Part shown: positions 20,050 through 30,158 of the stretch, piece by piece | How the letters are laid out: each line of letters begins with the position of its first letter | Numbering within the stretch: position 1 is the stretch's first letter | Assembly (NCBI GenBank): GCA_900766355.1 | Contig: CAAFVD010000064.1 | Span: forward strand, 100,585-164,584 | Length of the DNA stretch: 64,000 nt | Origin: Candidatus Gastranaerophilales bacterium | GTDB taxonomy: Bacteria; Cyanobacteriota; Vampirovibrionia; Gastranaerophilales; Gastranaerophilaceae | Reading direction: 5' to 3' | Translations under genes and position numbers: made by a program | Notes under the pieces: model-generated | The model's database searches: none | The model's input: only the letters and a program-made list of their open reading frames with translations | Told to the model about the DNA's origin: nothing

Positions 20050-21090
20050 CTAGACAACTATTAAATCCTTGCTTTCATTTAAGACTTTTATAAGGGCAGA
20101 TAAATGTGCCATTAAATTCTTGAACTGAGGAATTGTTAAGCTTTGAGCACCATCAGAATAAGCTTTATCTGGGTTGTTGTGAACCTCTACCATTAATCCG
20201 TCAGCACCGGCAACAATTGCAGCTTTTGACATTGGCTCAATCAAATATCTTTTACCTGTTGCGTGGCTAGGGTCAACAATCACAGGTAAGTGAGAATATT
20301 TCTTTATAACAGGAACTGCGGCTAAATCTAGTACATTTCTTGTGTAGTTTGAGTCAAACCCTTTTATTCCTCGTTCGCATAAGATTACATTTTCGTTTCC
20401 GTTATACAAAATATGTTCAGCCGCTAATAAAAATTCTCTTATTCCTGCAGCTGGCCCTCTTTTTAGCATAACAGGTTTATTAGTTTTGCCGATAGCTTTT
20501 AGCAATTTGAAGTTCTGCATATTTCTTGCACCAACTTGAATTATATCAGCATAATCACATATTAAAGGCAAATCCAATGTATCCATAACTTCTGTTATAA
20601 CCAAAAGTCCAGTTTTATCGGCAGCTTGTCTTAGATATTGCAAACCTTTTTCTTCAAGTCCTTGAAAATCATAAGGAGAAGTTCTAGGTTTAAATGCTCC
20701 GCCTCTAAGGATTTCTGCACCTGATTCTTTTACTGCTTCTGCAATACTCAAAAGTGCTTCAAAATCATCTTCAACACTGCAAGGCCCTGCCATTATTACG
20801 GGCTTATTATTTCCTCCGATTTTTACACCATTAGAAAATTCTATAACAGTATCTTCTTTTTTGCTCTCTCTACTTGCTAATTTAAAAGGTTCTTGTATAA
20901 GTTTAACTTCTCTTACGCCATCAAAAGAATTGATTGAATGAGGTTGAACTAAGCGTTTATCTCCGATAGCAGCAATTACTGTAAAGACTTCACCATAATT
21001 GATGTTTATTTTAAAATCGTTTTCTTCAAGATGTTTTACAACTTTATCAATTTGTTCTGTAGTTGCTTCTGGTTCCATAATAATAATCAT
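20050..21090 (-). CDS. aroF: 3-deoxy-7-phosphoheptulonate (DAHP) synthase, type I-beta with N-terminal ferredoxin-like regulatory domain
   Basis: 346 aa with the KDO8PS-like core (GPCSVE..., KRGxxxG, HATG). Confidence 0.8.
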   Translation of the reverse strand: MIIIMEPEATTEQIDKVVKHLEENDFKININYGEVFTVIAAIGDKRLVQPHSINSFDGVREVKLIQEPFKLASRESKKEDTVIEFSNGVKIGGNNKPVIMAGPCSVEDDFEALLSIAEAVKESGAEILRGGAFKPRTSPYDFQGLEEKGLQYLRQAADKTGLLVITEVMDTLDLPLICDYADIIQVGARNMQNFKLLKAIGKTNKPVMLKRGPAAGIREFLLAAEHILYNGNENVILCERGIKGFDSNYTRNVLDLAAVPVIKKYSHLPVIVDPSHATGKRYLIEPMSKAAIVAGADGLMVEVHNNPDKAYSDGAQSLTIPQFKNLMAHLSALIKVLNESKDLIVV

Positions 21091-21176
21091 AAATTTAATC
21101 TCCTTATAAATATTATTATATGTATTGATATAATCTTTGTAAATAATTAATATAATTTTGGTTTATAATATTATTT

Positions 21177-22025
21177 ATGAATAAGAATCTTTATTTTTTA
21201 GGGCCGAAAACATCATATACTGATTTTGCAAAAGAACAGTTTATAACTTCTTTTGCAATAAAAGGTTATGAAGAAAAACCTATGAGGACTATTACTGCAG
21301 TTTTTTCAGAATTAAATTCAAACTTAAAATCTTTGGCGGTATTGCCTATAGAAAATTCAATAGAAGGTACGGTAAAGGAAACAATAGATAATTTAATAAA
21401 AATACAAAGTGATAAGGTTAAAATTTTAGGTGAAACTGTAGTTTCAATAGAGCATTGTTTGATTACTTTTGCAAAGGATTTTTCTCAAATTCAAAAAATA
21501 AAATCACACCCTCAAGCTATATCTCAATGCTATGATTATATTTATTCAAAATTTAACGATAATATTATACTAGAATCAGAATCTTCTACTGCAAATGCAG
21601 TTAAGTCCTTAACTGTAGAGCAACCTCAAATAGCGGCAATAGGTAATAAATATTCTGCAGAATATTATAATATGCCGATATTAGATACAAATATAAATGA
21701 TGAAAAATTTAACCAAACAAGATTTATTTTATTGGGAATCCCTTTAAAAGAAGAAGTAACGAATAGAGATAAAACAAGTATAATGTTTTCAACAGAAAAT
21801 AAATCAGGAGCTTTGTGTGATATCTTAACAATATTGAAAGAAAATGATATTAATATGACATATATATCATCTCGCCCTTCTAAGAAAGGTTTGGGGGAGT
21901 ATACATTTTATATTGATTTTGATGGAAATATCGTAGATGTAAAAATTACAAAAGCGATGTCTAAAATGTTAAAACATGTAAAGAGTTTTAAGCATCTTGG
22001 TTCATACCCTAAGTTTATAGATTAA
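21177..22025 (+). CDS. pheA: Prephenate dehydratase
   Basis: 282 aa with a PDT domain and a C-terminal ACT domain. It is divergent from the DAHP synthase gene. Confidence 0.85.
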   Translation: MNKNLYFLGPKTSYTDFAKEQFITSFAIKGYEEKPMRTITAVFSELNSNLKSLAVLPIENSIEGTVKETIDNLIKIQSDKVKILGETVVSIEHCLITFAKDFSQIQKIKSHPQAISQCYDYIYSKFNDNIILESESSTANAVKSLTVEQPQIAAIGNKYSAEYYNMPILDTNINDEKFNQTRFILLGIPLKEEVTNRDKTSIMFSTENKSGALCDILTILKENDINMTYISSRPSKKGLGEYTFYIDFDGNIVDVKITKAMSKMLKHVKSFKHLGSYPKFID

Positions 22026-22030
22026 AACAG

Positions 22031-22058
22031 TTGCAATTTCCCGAAAAAAAGTTATAAT
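22031..22058 (+). promoter_or_regulatory. Sigma-70-like promoter upstream of the zinc-ribbon gene
   Basis: TTGCAA (22031-22036), a 16-nt spacer, then TATAAT (22053-22058), followed by a small palindrome tagatag-gtaat-ctatcta. Confidence 0.4.
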
Positions 22059-22113
22059 GGCTATTATAGATAGGTAATCTATCTATAAGTCACTATATTT
22101 TAGGAGAAACAGT

Positions 22114-22386
22114 ATGTACCAAGATGAAAAACTTATTTGTGAAGACTGTGGCAAGGAATTTGATTTCACTGCTGGAGAACAAGAATTTTATGCAGAAAAA
22201 GGGCTCACAAATAAGCCAAAACGATGCCCAGAATGCAGAAAAGCTAGAAGACAAAAAAACAGAAGAAAGATGTATGATGCTGTTTGTTCTAAATGTGGTG
22301 CTCAAACACAAGTTCCATTTAGACCGATTCCAGGTAGAGAAGTGCTTTGTAAAGCTTGTTTTGACGCAGAAAAACAAAAGCAATAA
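22114..22386 (+). CDS. Zinc-ribbon domain protein (two CxxC...CxxC units)
   Basis: 90 aa. CEDCGKEF...CPECRK and CSKCG...CKAC. RBS aggag lies 8 nt upstream. Confidence 0.5.
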   Translation: MYQDEKLICEDCGKEFDFTAGEQEFYAEKGLTNKPKRCPECRKARRQKNRRKMYDAVCSKCGAQTQVPFRPIPGREVLCKACFDAEKQKQ

Positions 22387-22407
22387 TTTAAGAGTTTAAA
22401 AATAAAA

Positions 22408-22440
22408 AATAACCTGTATGAATTTCATACAGGTTATTTT
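22408..22440. terminator. Bidirectional rho-independent terminator between the zinc-ribbon gene and rpsU
   Basis: aacctgtatgaa-a-tttcatacaggtt is a perfect 12-bp stem, with a T-run after it and an A-run before it. Confidence 0.6.
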
Positions 22441-22463
22441 TTTATATCTGTTTAAAGCTTTTA

Positions 22464-22637
22464 TTAGCTTTTGCGTTTACGAGCCGCTTCAGATTTGCGT
22501 TTTCTTTTAACGCTAGGCTTTTCATATCTTTCACGTTTTTTTACTTCTGAAAGAGTACCGGCTTTTTGAACTTTTTTCTTGAAACGTCTTAATGCGCTTT
22601 CAATACTTTCGTTTTCGCCTACCTTAACTTCTGGCAT
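22464..22637 (-). CDS. rpsU: 30S ribosomal protein S21
   Basis: 57 aa, below the ORF-track size cutoff. Manual translation gives [57 protein letters not shown]. Compare E. coli S21 [42 protein letters not shown]. Confidence 0.85.
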   Translation of the reverse strand: MPEVKVGENESIESALRRFKKKVQKAGTLSEVKKRERYEKPSVKRKRKSEAARKRKS

Positions 22638-22727
22638 CTATTTTTCACCACCTTTTATTTTTTTTGTAACAAAGTGATTATATGAGAAAAAAATTTTAAA
22701 ATCAAGTAATTATCTTAATTTTACTGT

Positions 22728-23651
22728 TTATCCAAAGAAATCTCTGAAATATTTTTCCATTTTATTCCCGAAATCGTATGCTTCTTTTTCTAAAGGATTA
22801 TTATAGTAATCTTTTGAACCAAGTCCGAGTTCGTTTAAGTTTACATAATTTCTAGTAGCTTCTATATATTTTTCTGCATCTTTGTATTCTTGACTATCTT
22901 TTTTATATCTAGGTAAGTTTAACGTATTTTTATGACTCTCTTTCATTTTTGTCATTATTGTTTCTGTACTATTTTTAAGGGTATTATCTAAAAATTCCTT
23001 ACCTTTTCCTTGTCTTACGGCTTCTCTATAAGCAAGGTTAAAATTAATCTCTAAAGGATTATTTCTTACGTTTCTTATAGATTGTTCTGCCCAAGCTTTT
23101 GCATATTCAGGTAATAAACCTGCTCGAATGATTTTAGCTGTTTGATCTGCGTGTTTTAATTCATGAGCTATTAATGAAAATTGACTAGCTTTATCAATCT
23201 TTGTGAAAAATCCGTCAGTATATCCTATCGTATTTAATGTAGGGTTATAACCGCCCTGTAGAGCAAAACAACCTTTATCCGCACCTAAGTGTTCAATTTT
23301 ATCTGGTACAATTTCATCAAGCCTCATATAATTTTTAAGTTTATCATAGGCTTTATTTATAAAGTTTTCGCCTTTTTCACCTTTTAAATCGTTAAAAATA
23401 GCTCGTAATTCTTCTGGTATTTGTTTAATTCGTTTTGCTCTATTGTGCTTATTAATAATTACGCTGCCGATTAAAATGATAGTGGCAAGTCCAGCAGCAA
23501 TTAAACCACGTTTTTGATTTTTACTTAAACCTGATTTTTCAAAAGAATCTTGTTGAGTTTCACTATTTTTAGGACGTAGTTGGGGTTGAACTTTGTTCTG
23601 AGGAATTTCAACAGAATTCGTAAAACGCAAATTTTGAATATTACTTACCAT
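22728..23651 (-). CDS. Membrane-anchored HExxH-motif protein (putative metallopeptidase), last gene of the rSAM locus
   Basis: 307 aa. A cytoplasmic N-tail, one TM (LIAAGLATIILIGSVII), and an extracytoplasmic domain with IAHELKHADQ. Paralogue of 499..1308. Confidence 0.5.
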   Translation of the reverse strand: MVSNIQNLRFTNSVEIPQNKVQPQLRPKNSETQQDSFEKSGLSKNQKRGLIAAGLATIILIGSVIINKHNRAKRIKQIPEELRAIFNDLKGEKGENFINKAYDKLKNYMRLDEIVPDKIEHLGADKGCFALQGGYNPTLNTIGYTDGFFTKIDKASQFSLIAHELKHADQTAKIIRAGLLPEYAKAWAEQSIRNVRNNPLEINFNLAYREAVRQGKGKEFLDNTLKNSTETIMTKMKESHKNTLNLPRYKKDSQEYKDAEKYIEATRNYVNLNELGLGSKDYYNNPLEKEAYDFGNKMEKYFRDFFG

Positions 23652-23687
23652 ACTATATATAATAAAACATTAAGTTCAAAAAATTTG

Positions 23688-24695
23688 CTATTCATCAAAA
23701 CCTTGTTGCTCTATTTTGTAAAGGCAAAAAGCACTACCTTGTTGAGTTCTAGGGTTTGTAGGGCAGCCACCTCGACAAATATATTTGTGTTTACATTCGT
23801 TACAATATCCTTTTAGCAACTCTATTTGAGGACTTCTATTGTATTTGAATGAGTTGTGGTCAGCCCAAATTTCTTTAAAAGGTCGAGTTTTTATATTACC
23901 TTCTGAATTGTTCATGTTTGGACAGCCTTTTACATTTCCATCTGCTTCAATGCTTACACTGTATATTCCACATTCGCAACCTCGCCAATTTTGAATATGC
24001 AGTTTAGGTTGTAATTGAGAAAAATATCCAATACAATCAGATTCCATTATATTAATTTTATCTAAATAATTTTCTCGATATTCTGTTATTTTTTTAGCTA
24101 AATCATAATATTGTTTTTCTGTAAGAAGTTCGTCTTTTGGTAATCTTTCGCTGGGTTTTACTATTTGTAACTGCCAAGCATCAACACCTAAGGATATTAA
24201 CAAATTTAAGATATCATCTAATTTGTCATAGTTAGATTGCATTACTGTAGTTGGTATAGCAACATATATCCCAATTTCTTTTAGTTTTGGAACAATATTG
24301 CAAAAATGTTCAAATATTCCAGAAATTCCTCTTACGTAGTCGTGTGTTTCCTTGTCAGGCCCATCAAGGCTGATACCAATTGCAGTATTTGGATATAGCT
24401 TTAATATATCTAAAACATCATCATTGATTAGCATTGCATTTGTCATAAATATTGCTTGCATATCAAGACTATTTATTTTTTGCAAAAATAAAGGCCATTC
24501 TTTTCTTAAAAAAGGTTCTCCGCCTGTAAGTGCAATGGATTGGCAACCCAAATCGCTCATATCTTCTATGAGTGTTAATATTTCTTGTGTGGAAAGTTCC
24601 ACGGGCATTGAATGTCCAGCATTAATGATACAATGTATACATTTTGCATTACAACGGCGAGTGATTTCTATCGTTGAAGAAAGTAATTTATACAT
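23688..24695 (-). CDS. Radical SAM / SPASM-domain enzyme (compact, no RRE domain) - candidate peptide-modifying maturase
   Basis: 335 aa. CNAKCIHC (Cx3Cx2C) at residues 15-22, a GGEP motif, and a C-terminal SPASM signature CNECKHKYICRGGC (Cx2Cx5Cx3C) plus upstream C..C...C. Confidence 0.85.
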   Translation of the reverse strand: MYKLLSSTIEITRRCNAKCIHCIINAGHSMPVELSTQEILTLIEDMSDLGCQSIALTGGEPFLRKEWPLFLQKINSLDMQAIFMTNAMLINDDVLDILKLYPNTAIGISLDGPDKETHDYVRGISGIFEHFCNIVPKLKEIGIYVAIPTTVMQSNYDKLDDILNLLISLGVDAWQLQIVKPSERLPKDELLTEKQYYDLAKKITEYRENYLDKINIMESDCIGYFSQLQPKLHIQNWRGCECGIYSVSIEADGNVKGCPNMNNSEGNIKTRPFKEIWADHNSFKYNRSPQIELLKGYCNECKHKYICRGGCPTNPRTQQGSAFCLYKIEQQGFDE

Positions 24696-24717
24696 ATTTT
24701 ATATATTACAAATTCGT

Positions 24718-25041
24718 TTATTTTTTGTCAATGTTTTCAGGCTTTACTTCAACTTCTGTTGGGACTTCTTTTTGTGGTGGAGCAATAATTCCAGCAAGTG
24801 GTTGTGGTTTTTTAGTTGGAGTTTTTGAAGGTACACTTGGTGGTGCAATAATTCCAGCTAATGGTGGAGTAGGATAAGCTGGTGCTTTAGGAGGAACAGT
24901 AGGTGGTGTAATCAATCCAGCTAATGGCGTAGGTGTTGGTAACACTTCTGGTTGTTTCGTAGGTGGTGTTACAATCTTTCCTGCTAATGGTTGATTAGTA
25001 TTTTGTTTGAAATTAACCGGTCTAAAACCTACATTGAACAT
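24718..25041 (-). CDS. Repeat-containing small protein: candidate RiPP precursor with 5 tandem PLAG[IKL]I[ATV]PP-type repeats
   Basis: 107 aa. MFNVGFRPVNFKQNTNQ-PLAGKIVTPP...PLAGLITPP...PLAGIIAPP...PLAGIIAPP.... RBS ggaggtg lies 7 nt upstream. It ends 22 nt before the rSAM gene. Confidence 0.55.
   Translation of the reverse strand: MFNVGFRPVNFKQNTNQPLAGKIVTPPTKQPEVLPTPTPLAGLITPPTVPPKAPAYPTPPLAGIIAPPSVPSKTPTKKPQPLAGIIAPPQKEVPTEVEVKPENIDKK
24775..24993. repeat. DNA-level tandem repeat (~45-nt units) encoding the PLAGxIxPP peptide repeats
   Basis: Reiterated ggtggtgcaataattccagc[at]a[ag]tgg blocks are visible on the plus strand. Confidence 0.6.
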
Positions 25042-25149
25042 ATTTCACACCTCCATAATGTATCTACATTTATACGAAAACATTTTATTGAAATTTTTTG
25101 ATAAAATGTGAAAATTTTGTTACAAAATAAAGGTTGTAGAGAGTTAATT

Positions 25150-25770
25150 CTACGAGTTTTTAAGATGTTTTATGTGTTTATAGATATATATTCCGCCTAG
25201 AATTAAACATGCAACTATTATAATTGCATCAAATTTATGCCAAATCGATTTTAGAGCTTCCATATTTTCGCCCATTTTTACACCAACAAATACAAGAACA
25301 TAACACCACAACAAAGAACCTAAAAATGTTAATGTGAAGAATATTCTTTTTCTCGCTCTTAAGATTCCTGCAGGGAAAGATATAAATGTTCTTATTACTG
25401 GTAACATTCTACATATAAAAAATGCCCAATCTCCGTATTTATCAACCCATTTGTCCGCATCTTCCAAATCTTTTTGAGAAACTAAGAAATATTTTCCATA
25501 TTTTTCAACAAAAGGTCTGCCTCCGAAGTATCCTAAGTAATATGACGGTATAGAACCTAGAACGCAACCTATAGCTCCAAAAATTGCAGCTATATGAAAG
25601 TTCATAACTCCTTTGTTTACCAAAATACCAGCAAAAGGTAAAACTGCTTCGCTCGGTAGTGGAATGTTACATGATTCAATAGCCATTAGTAAGCTAACAC
25701 CCCAAGGTCCTAGAACAGTTATTATATGCTCCATTGTTTCACTTAGCCATAATAATAAACTATCAATCAT
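25150..25770 (-). CDS. DedA/TVP38 family membrane protein
   Basis: 206 aa polytopic protein with the DedA-typical motif and size. Confidence 0.75.
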   Translation of the reverse strand: MIDSLLLWLSETMEHIITVLGPWGVSLLMAIESCNIPLPSEAVLPFAGILVNKGVMNFHIAAIFGAIGCVLGSIPSYYLGYFGGRPFVEKYGKYFLVSQKDLEDADKWVDKYGDWAFFICRMLPVIRTFISFPAGILRARKRIFFTLTFLGSLLWCYVLVFVGVKMGENMEALKSIWHKFDAIIIVACLILGGIYIYKHIKHLKNS

Positions 25771-25797
25771 ATTTCACTCCCCCTGATTTTTTTTATT

Positions 25798-27603
25798 TTA
25801 ACCTTCGTCATTAAGGCTCAAAACTGCCATGAATGCTTCTTGTGGAACTTCTACTTTACCGACAGCTTTCATACGTTTTTTACCACGTTTTTGTTTTTCT
25901 AAAAGTTTGCGTTTTCTTGAAATATCACCACCATAACATTTATCAAGTACACTTTTTCTTAAAGCTTTGATGTTTGTACGGGCAATAACTCTACCACCTA
26001 CGGCAGCTTGAATAGGAACTTCAAACAACTGTCGAGGAATAATCTCTTTTAATTTTGCAGTTAGTTTTTGTCCGATATAAAACGCACTATCTTCGTGGCA
26101 GATTACTGACAATGCATCAACAACTTCATTTGCTAAAAGAACATCAAGTTTTACTAGTTTTGAGCGTTTGTAATCAACAAATTCGTAATCAAGGCTCGCA
26201 TAACCTTTTGAACGAGATTTTAATTGGTCATAAAAATCTGTAATAACCTCACTTAACGGTATATGATAGACAAGTTCTTGTCTGACCTTGTCTATATAGT
26301 GCATATTGATAAATATACCTCGCTTAGACTGAGATAAATCCATTAATGTTCCGACAAACTCGTTTGGTGTTATTATTGAAACTTTAACATAAGGTTCTTC
26401 TATATAATCTCTCACTTGTGCTGGAGGAAGGTTTGCAGGGTTATCAATTTCTACAACCTCTCCGTCAGTTTTGTGAACCTTATATATTACAGATGGAGCT
26501 GTTGTAACGATAGAAAGGTTGTACTCTCTTTCTAATCTTTCTTGCGCAATTTCCATGTGTAACATACCTAAGAATCCGCAACGGAAACCAAATCCCAATG
26601 CTGATGATGTCTCAGGTTCAAATGTGATACTACTATCTGAAAGTTTTAGTTTTTCTAGAGCTTCTTTAAGTTCGTGGTAATCCTCGTTATCAACAGGGTA
26701 AAGCCCTGAAAATACCATAGGTAAAGCTTCTTTATATCCAGGAAGTGGTTCTTTTGCTGGACGTTCAACGTGAGTAATCGTATCACCAACAAAACGTGTA
26801 ATTTCTTTTATTGAACCTGCAAAATATCCAACATCACCGCAAACAAGTTTTTTTACAGGAACTCTTGCAGGTGTTGAATATCCAAGTTCAACAATTTCAT
26901 ATTCTTTGCCTGATGCCAAAAACTTAACCTTATCCCCGAGAGCCATTTCTCCGTCAACGATTTTGAAATAGCAAAGTGTACCGAGATATGGGTCATAAGC
27001 ACTGTCAAAAACTAATGCCCTTAGAGGTTTTTCAATAGTATCCTCTGGAGGTGGCATGTAGTTTACAATAGATTCTAAGACTTCGTGAATATTCTCACCC
27101 GTTTTAGCACTAACAGGAATAGCCATAGATGCATCGATACCAAGAGTTTCTTCTATTTCTTCTTTAACTCTTTCTACATCTGCTGACGGTAAATCTATTT
27201 TGTTTATAACTGGAATAATTTCCAAATTTTGTTCTGCCGCTAAATAAACATTAGCCAAGGTTTGCGCTTCGACACCTTGAGTCGCATCAACAATTAACAA
27301 TGCACCTTCGCAAGCGGCTAATGAACGTGATACTTCATAGGAAAAGTCAACGTGTCCAGGGGTATCAATTAGATTAAGGATATAATCTTTGCCGTCATTA
27401 GCTTTGTAGTGCATTCTTGCAGAATTTAATTTGATAGTGATACCACGTTCTCTTTCGATATCCATAGTATCCATTAATTGATTTTGCATATCTCTTTGTG
27501 CAATAGTTTCAGTTGCTTCTAATAATCTATCAGCAAGTGTAGATTTACCATGGTCGATATGCGCTATTATACAAAAGTTTCTAACATTATCTCTATATTT
27601 CAT
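25798..27603 (-). CDS. lepA: Elongation factor 4 (LepA)
   Basis: 601 aa. [20 protein letters not shown] is the G domain, and the LepA-specific C-terminal domain is present. Confidence 0.95.
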   Translation of the reverse strand: MKYRDNVRNFCIIAHIDHGKSTLADRLLEATETIAQRDMQNQLMDTMDIERERGITIKLNSARMHYKANDGKDYILNLIDTPGHVDFSYEVSRSLAACEGALLIVDATQGVEAQTLANVYLAAEQNLEIIPVINKIDLPSADVERVKEEIEETLGIDASMAIPVSAKTGENIHEVLESIVNYMPPPEDTIEKPLRALVFDSAYDPYLGTLCYFKIVDGEMALGDKVKFLASGKEYEIVELGYSTPARVPVKKLVCGDVGYFAGSIKEITRFVGDTITHVERPAKEPLPGYKEALPMVFSGLYPVDNEDYHELKEALEKLKLSDSSITFEPETSSALGFGFRCGFLGMLHMEIAQERLEREYNLSIVTTAPSVIYKVHKTDGEVVEIDNPANLPPAQVRDYIEEPYVKVSIITPNEFVGTLMDLSQSKRGIFINMHYIDKVRQELVYHIPLSEVITDFYDQLKSRSKGYASLDYEFVDYKRSKLVKLDVLLANEVVDALSVICHEDSAFYIGQKLTAKLKEIIPRQLFEVPIQAAVGGRVIARTNIKALRKSVLDKCYGGDISRKRKLLEKQKRGKKRMKAVGKVEVPQEAFMAVLSLNDEG

Positions 27604-27784
27604 AAAACTATTATAGCTTAAACATATTTAGAGTTTGTAGAAATTTTAAATTCATCAAAATTATGTATATTTATCTAAGTAATTTATTCAATAAGAGCTT
27701 TTGAAAGCACCTTTTGATATTTCAAGTTCATATGTATTTTAAAATCCAAAAGTCAATTTAGATAGTCTGTGTTATTATAAATGT

Positions 27785-30142
27785 ATGGATATCAAAGAAC
27801 AGTCGTTAAAAGCACTTGAGTATGACAAGGTTATATCAATTCTTTCAAGTTTTGCAAAAACAAAACAGTCAAAAAGGTTGTGTTTAAAGCTCACACCTGA
27901 AATAAATAGACAGATTATTGAGCAAAATCTTCAATATACCGACGAAGCTCGTAGAATTCTTGATTTAGCCTTTGATATTCCAATTGAATATGTAATATCG
28001 CTAGATGAGGTGAAGTTAAATTCTGAATATTTTGCAGAAGATGAACTTATTGATTTTGCCAAGACCTTGCGAACTTCAAGGCTTGTGAAAAGCTTTTTGA
28101 GAGAGAACGCTGAACCTGATGCTCTTTTGAATAAATTGGCATCAAATCTTTTTGTAAATAAAGATTTGGAAGATAGAATTTCTGATACATTTGATGAAAA
28201 CTATGAAATTAGACAGAATGCAACTCAAACTTTGAGCGGGTTGTATTCTTCTCTCAAAGATACTGAATCTCAGTTGAGAGAAACTGTTACAAAACTTTTA
28301 AATAGTCCAGATTTCAATAAACACCTGCAAGAACAAATTTATACAATGCGTGATGATAGGATTGTTTTTCAAGTTAAAGCGCCTTCCAAGAATAAAGTTG
28401 AGGGTATTGTACATGATGTATCTGCAACGAGTAAGACTTTTTATATTGAGCCTAAACAAATTGTACCTTTAAATAACAAAATTAGAGAAGTAAAAGCAAA
28501 GATTAGAGCTGAAATTATTCATATATTGATTGAATTAACAAGAATGGTTAAAAACGATATTAATGAAATAAAAAATACCGTTGAAATTCTTGCAGAAATT
28601 GATTTTCATTTCGCAAAAGCTAGATATTCTGTTAAGGTGTCAGCGATAAAGCCTGAGCTTGTAGAGGAAAAGATAATAAGAATAGAAGAAATGCGACATC
28701 CTCTGCTTATTGGTAATGTTGAAAACATAGTTGAGAATGATTTTTTAATAGGTGATAATTATAAATCCATAATTATAACAGGTTCAAATACTGGTGGTAA
28801 AACCGTTGCCCTAAAGACTGTTGGATTATTTTTATTAATGGTGAAATCTGGCATGTTTTTGCCTTGTGGGGTTTGCAAGATTTATCCTTTTAGAAATGTG
28901 TTTGCAGATATAGGTGATGAACAAAATATTCTACAAAATCTTTCTACTTTTTCATCACATATAAAAATTGTTATAGATATAATTAATCATTCAGATTATG
29001 AAACTGTTGTTTTGATAGATGAACTTTGTGCAGGTACAGACCCTCAAGAAGGTGCAATTTTAGCCGAAGTTATATTAAAGAAATTAAAAGATTTAGGTTC
29101 TGTATGTGTTACAACAACTCACTATGGAGAATTAAAATCTCTTGAATATACAGATAAATATTTTAAGAATGCGAGTGTTGAATTTGATACCAAAACTTTA
29201 TCACCAACGTACAAATTAGTAATAGGTATTCCTGGACTTAGTAACGCAATAGCAGTTTCTTCAATGTTAGGACTAGATAATGATTTGATAGAACAAGCAA
29301 AAGACTTGTTGAATAATCATAGAGATATTTCTAGTACTGTTGTTGAAAAACTTCAAGATACTCATCATAAATTAACAACTAATCTTCAAGAGTCAGAAGA
29401 TACAAAAAACGAAGTTGAAAACTTGAAGAAGGAGTATGAAAAGAAGCTAACAGAATTGAAAAAGGATAAGAATAAGACCATAAAACAAATCAAAAATAGA
29501 TTTGAAGGTGAAATGGAACGTGTAAAATCTGAAATAAAAGATATTTTATACGAAATTAGAAAAGAAAAAACTGAGAAAATTGCAAGACGTTCTTATTCAA
29601 GGTTAGCTAGAGTTGAAAGCAAATTTCATAAAGGTATAAATGAACTTATTGAGAGTGAAAAGTACGAAGAAATAGATTGGAGTATAGCAAAACCTCATGA
29701 CGTATTTATGTTAAAAGATTTAAACCAAGAGGTTGAACTTTTAGACATGCCAGATAAGAGTGGTAATGTTTTTGTTTTGATGGGTAATATCAAAACGAAG
29801 ATGAAGAAAAATAAATTAGCTGTTATGAATAGGGCTTTGGTTAAGACACCAAATACTCCTAAAAAACTTATTGAGCCAATTGAATTGAAACGATATTCAA
29901 TGTCTAATACCTTAGATTTGAGAGGATATAGAGTTGAAGAAGCTCTTGATGAATTAGAGGCTTATTTAGACAAAGCTAGTCTGGTTAATTTAACACCTGT
30001 ATTTATAATCCATGGACATGGTACAGGTGCATTGAAGCAATGCGTTAGAGATTTTCTATCAACATCACCTTATGTATGCAAATATAGAGCTGGTGAAAGT
30101 ACAGAAGGTGGTGACGGTGTTAGTGTAGTTGATATAAATTAA
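27785..30142 (+). CDS. mutS2: Endonuclease MutS2 (MutS domain + C-terminal Smr domain)
   Basis: 785 aa with Walker A GSNTGGKT and the Smr domain LDLRGYRVEEAL...IIHGHGTGAL. Confidence 0.9.
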   Translation: MDIKEQSLKALEYDKVISILSSFAKTKQSKRLCLKLTPEINRQIIEQNLQYTDEARRILDLAFDIPIEYVISLDEVKLNSEYFAEDELIDFAKTLRTSRLVKSFLRENAEPDALLNKLASNLFVNKDLEDRISDTFDENYEIRQNATQTLSGLYSSLKDTESQLRETVTKLLNSPDFNKHLQEQIYTMRDDRIVFQVKAPSKNKVEGIVHDVSATSKTFYIEPKQIVPLNNKIREVKAKIRAEIIHILIELTRMVKNDINEIKNTVEILAEIDFHFAKARYSVKVSAIKPELVEEKIIRIEEMRHPLLIGNVENIVENDFLIGDNYKSIIITGSNTGGKTVALKTVGLFLLMVKSGMFLPCGVCKIYPFRNVFADIGDEQNILQNLSTFSSHIKIVIDIINHSDYETVVLIDELCAGTDPQEGAILAEVILKKLKDLGSVCVTTTHYGELKSLEYTDKYFKNASVEFDTKTLSPTYKLVIGIPGLSNAIAVSSMLGLDNDLIEQAKDLLNNHRDISSTVVEKLQDTHHKLTTNLQESEDTKNEVENLKKEYEKKLTELKKDKNKTIKQIKNRFEGEMERVKSEIKDILYEIRKEKTEKIARRSYSRLARVESKFHKGINELIESEKYEEIDWSIAKPHDVFMLKDLNQEVELLDMPDKSGNVFVLMGNIKTKMKKNKLAVMNRALVKTPNTPKKLIEPIELKRYSMSNTLDLRGYRVEEALDELEAYLDKASLVNLTPVFIIHGHGTGALKQCVRDFLSTSPYVCKYRAGESTEGGDGVSVVDIN

Positions 30143-30158
30143 GAATAATTTATATCAA

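Noticed and set aside
22399-22440. Possible small RNA at the inverted repeat downstream of the zinc-ribbon gene
   Set aside because: It is fully explained as a shared, bidirectional intrinsic terminator for the convergent zinc-ribbon gene and rpsU.
24352-24877. Plus-strand ORFs 24352..24828 and 24674..24877 overlapping the rSAM and precursor genes
   Set aside because: Antisense to a well-supported rSAM CDS and to the repeat peptide. They have no RBS, and composition-driven open frames are common in AT-rich DNA.
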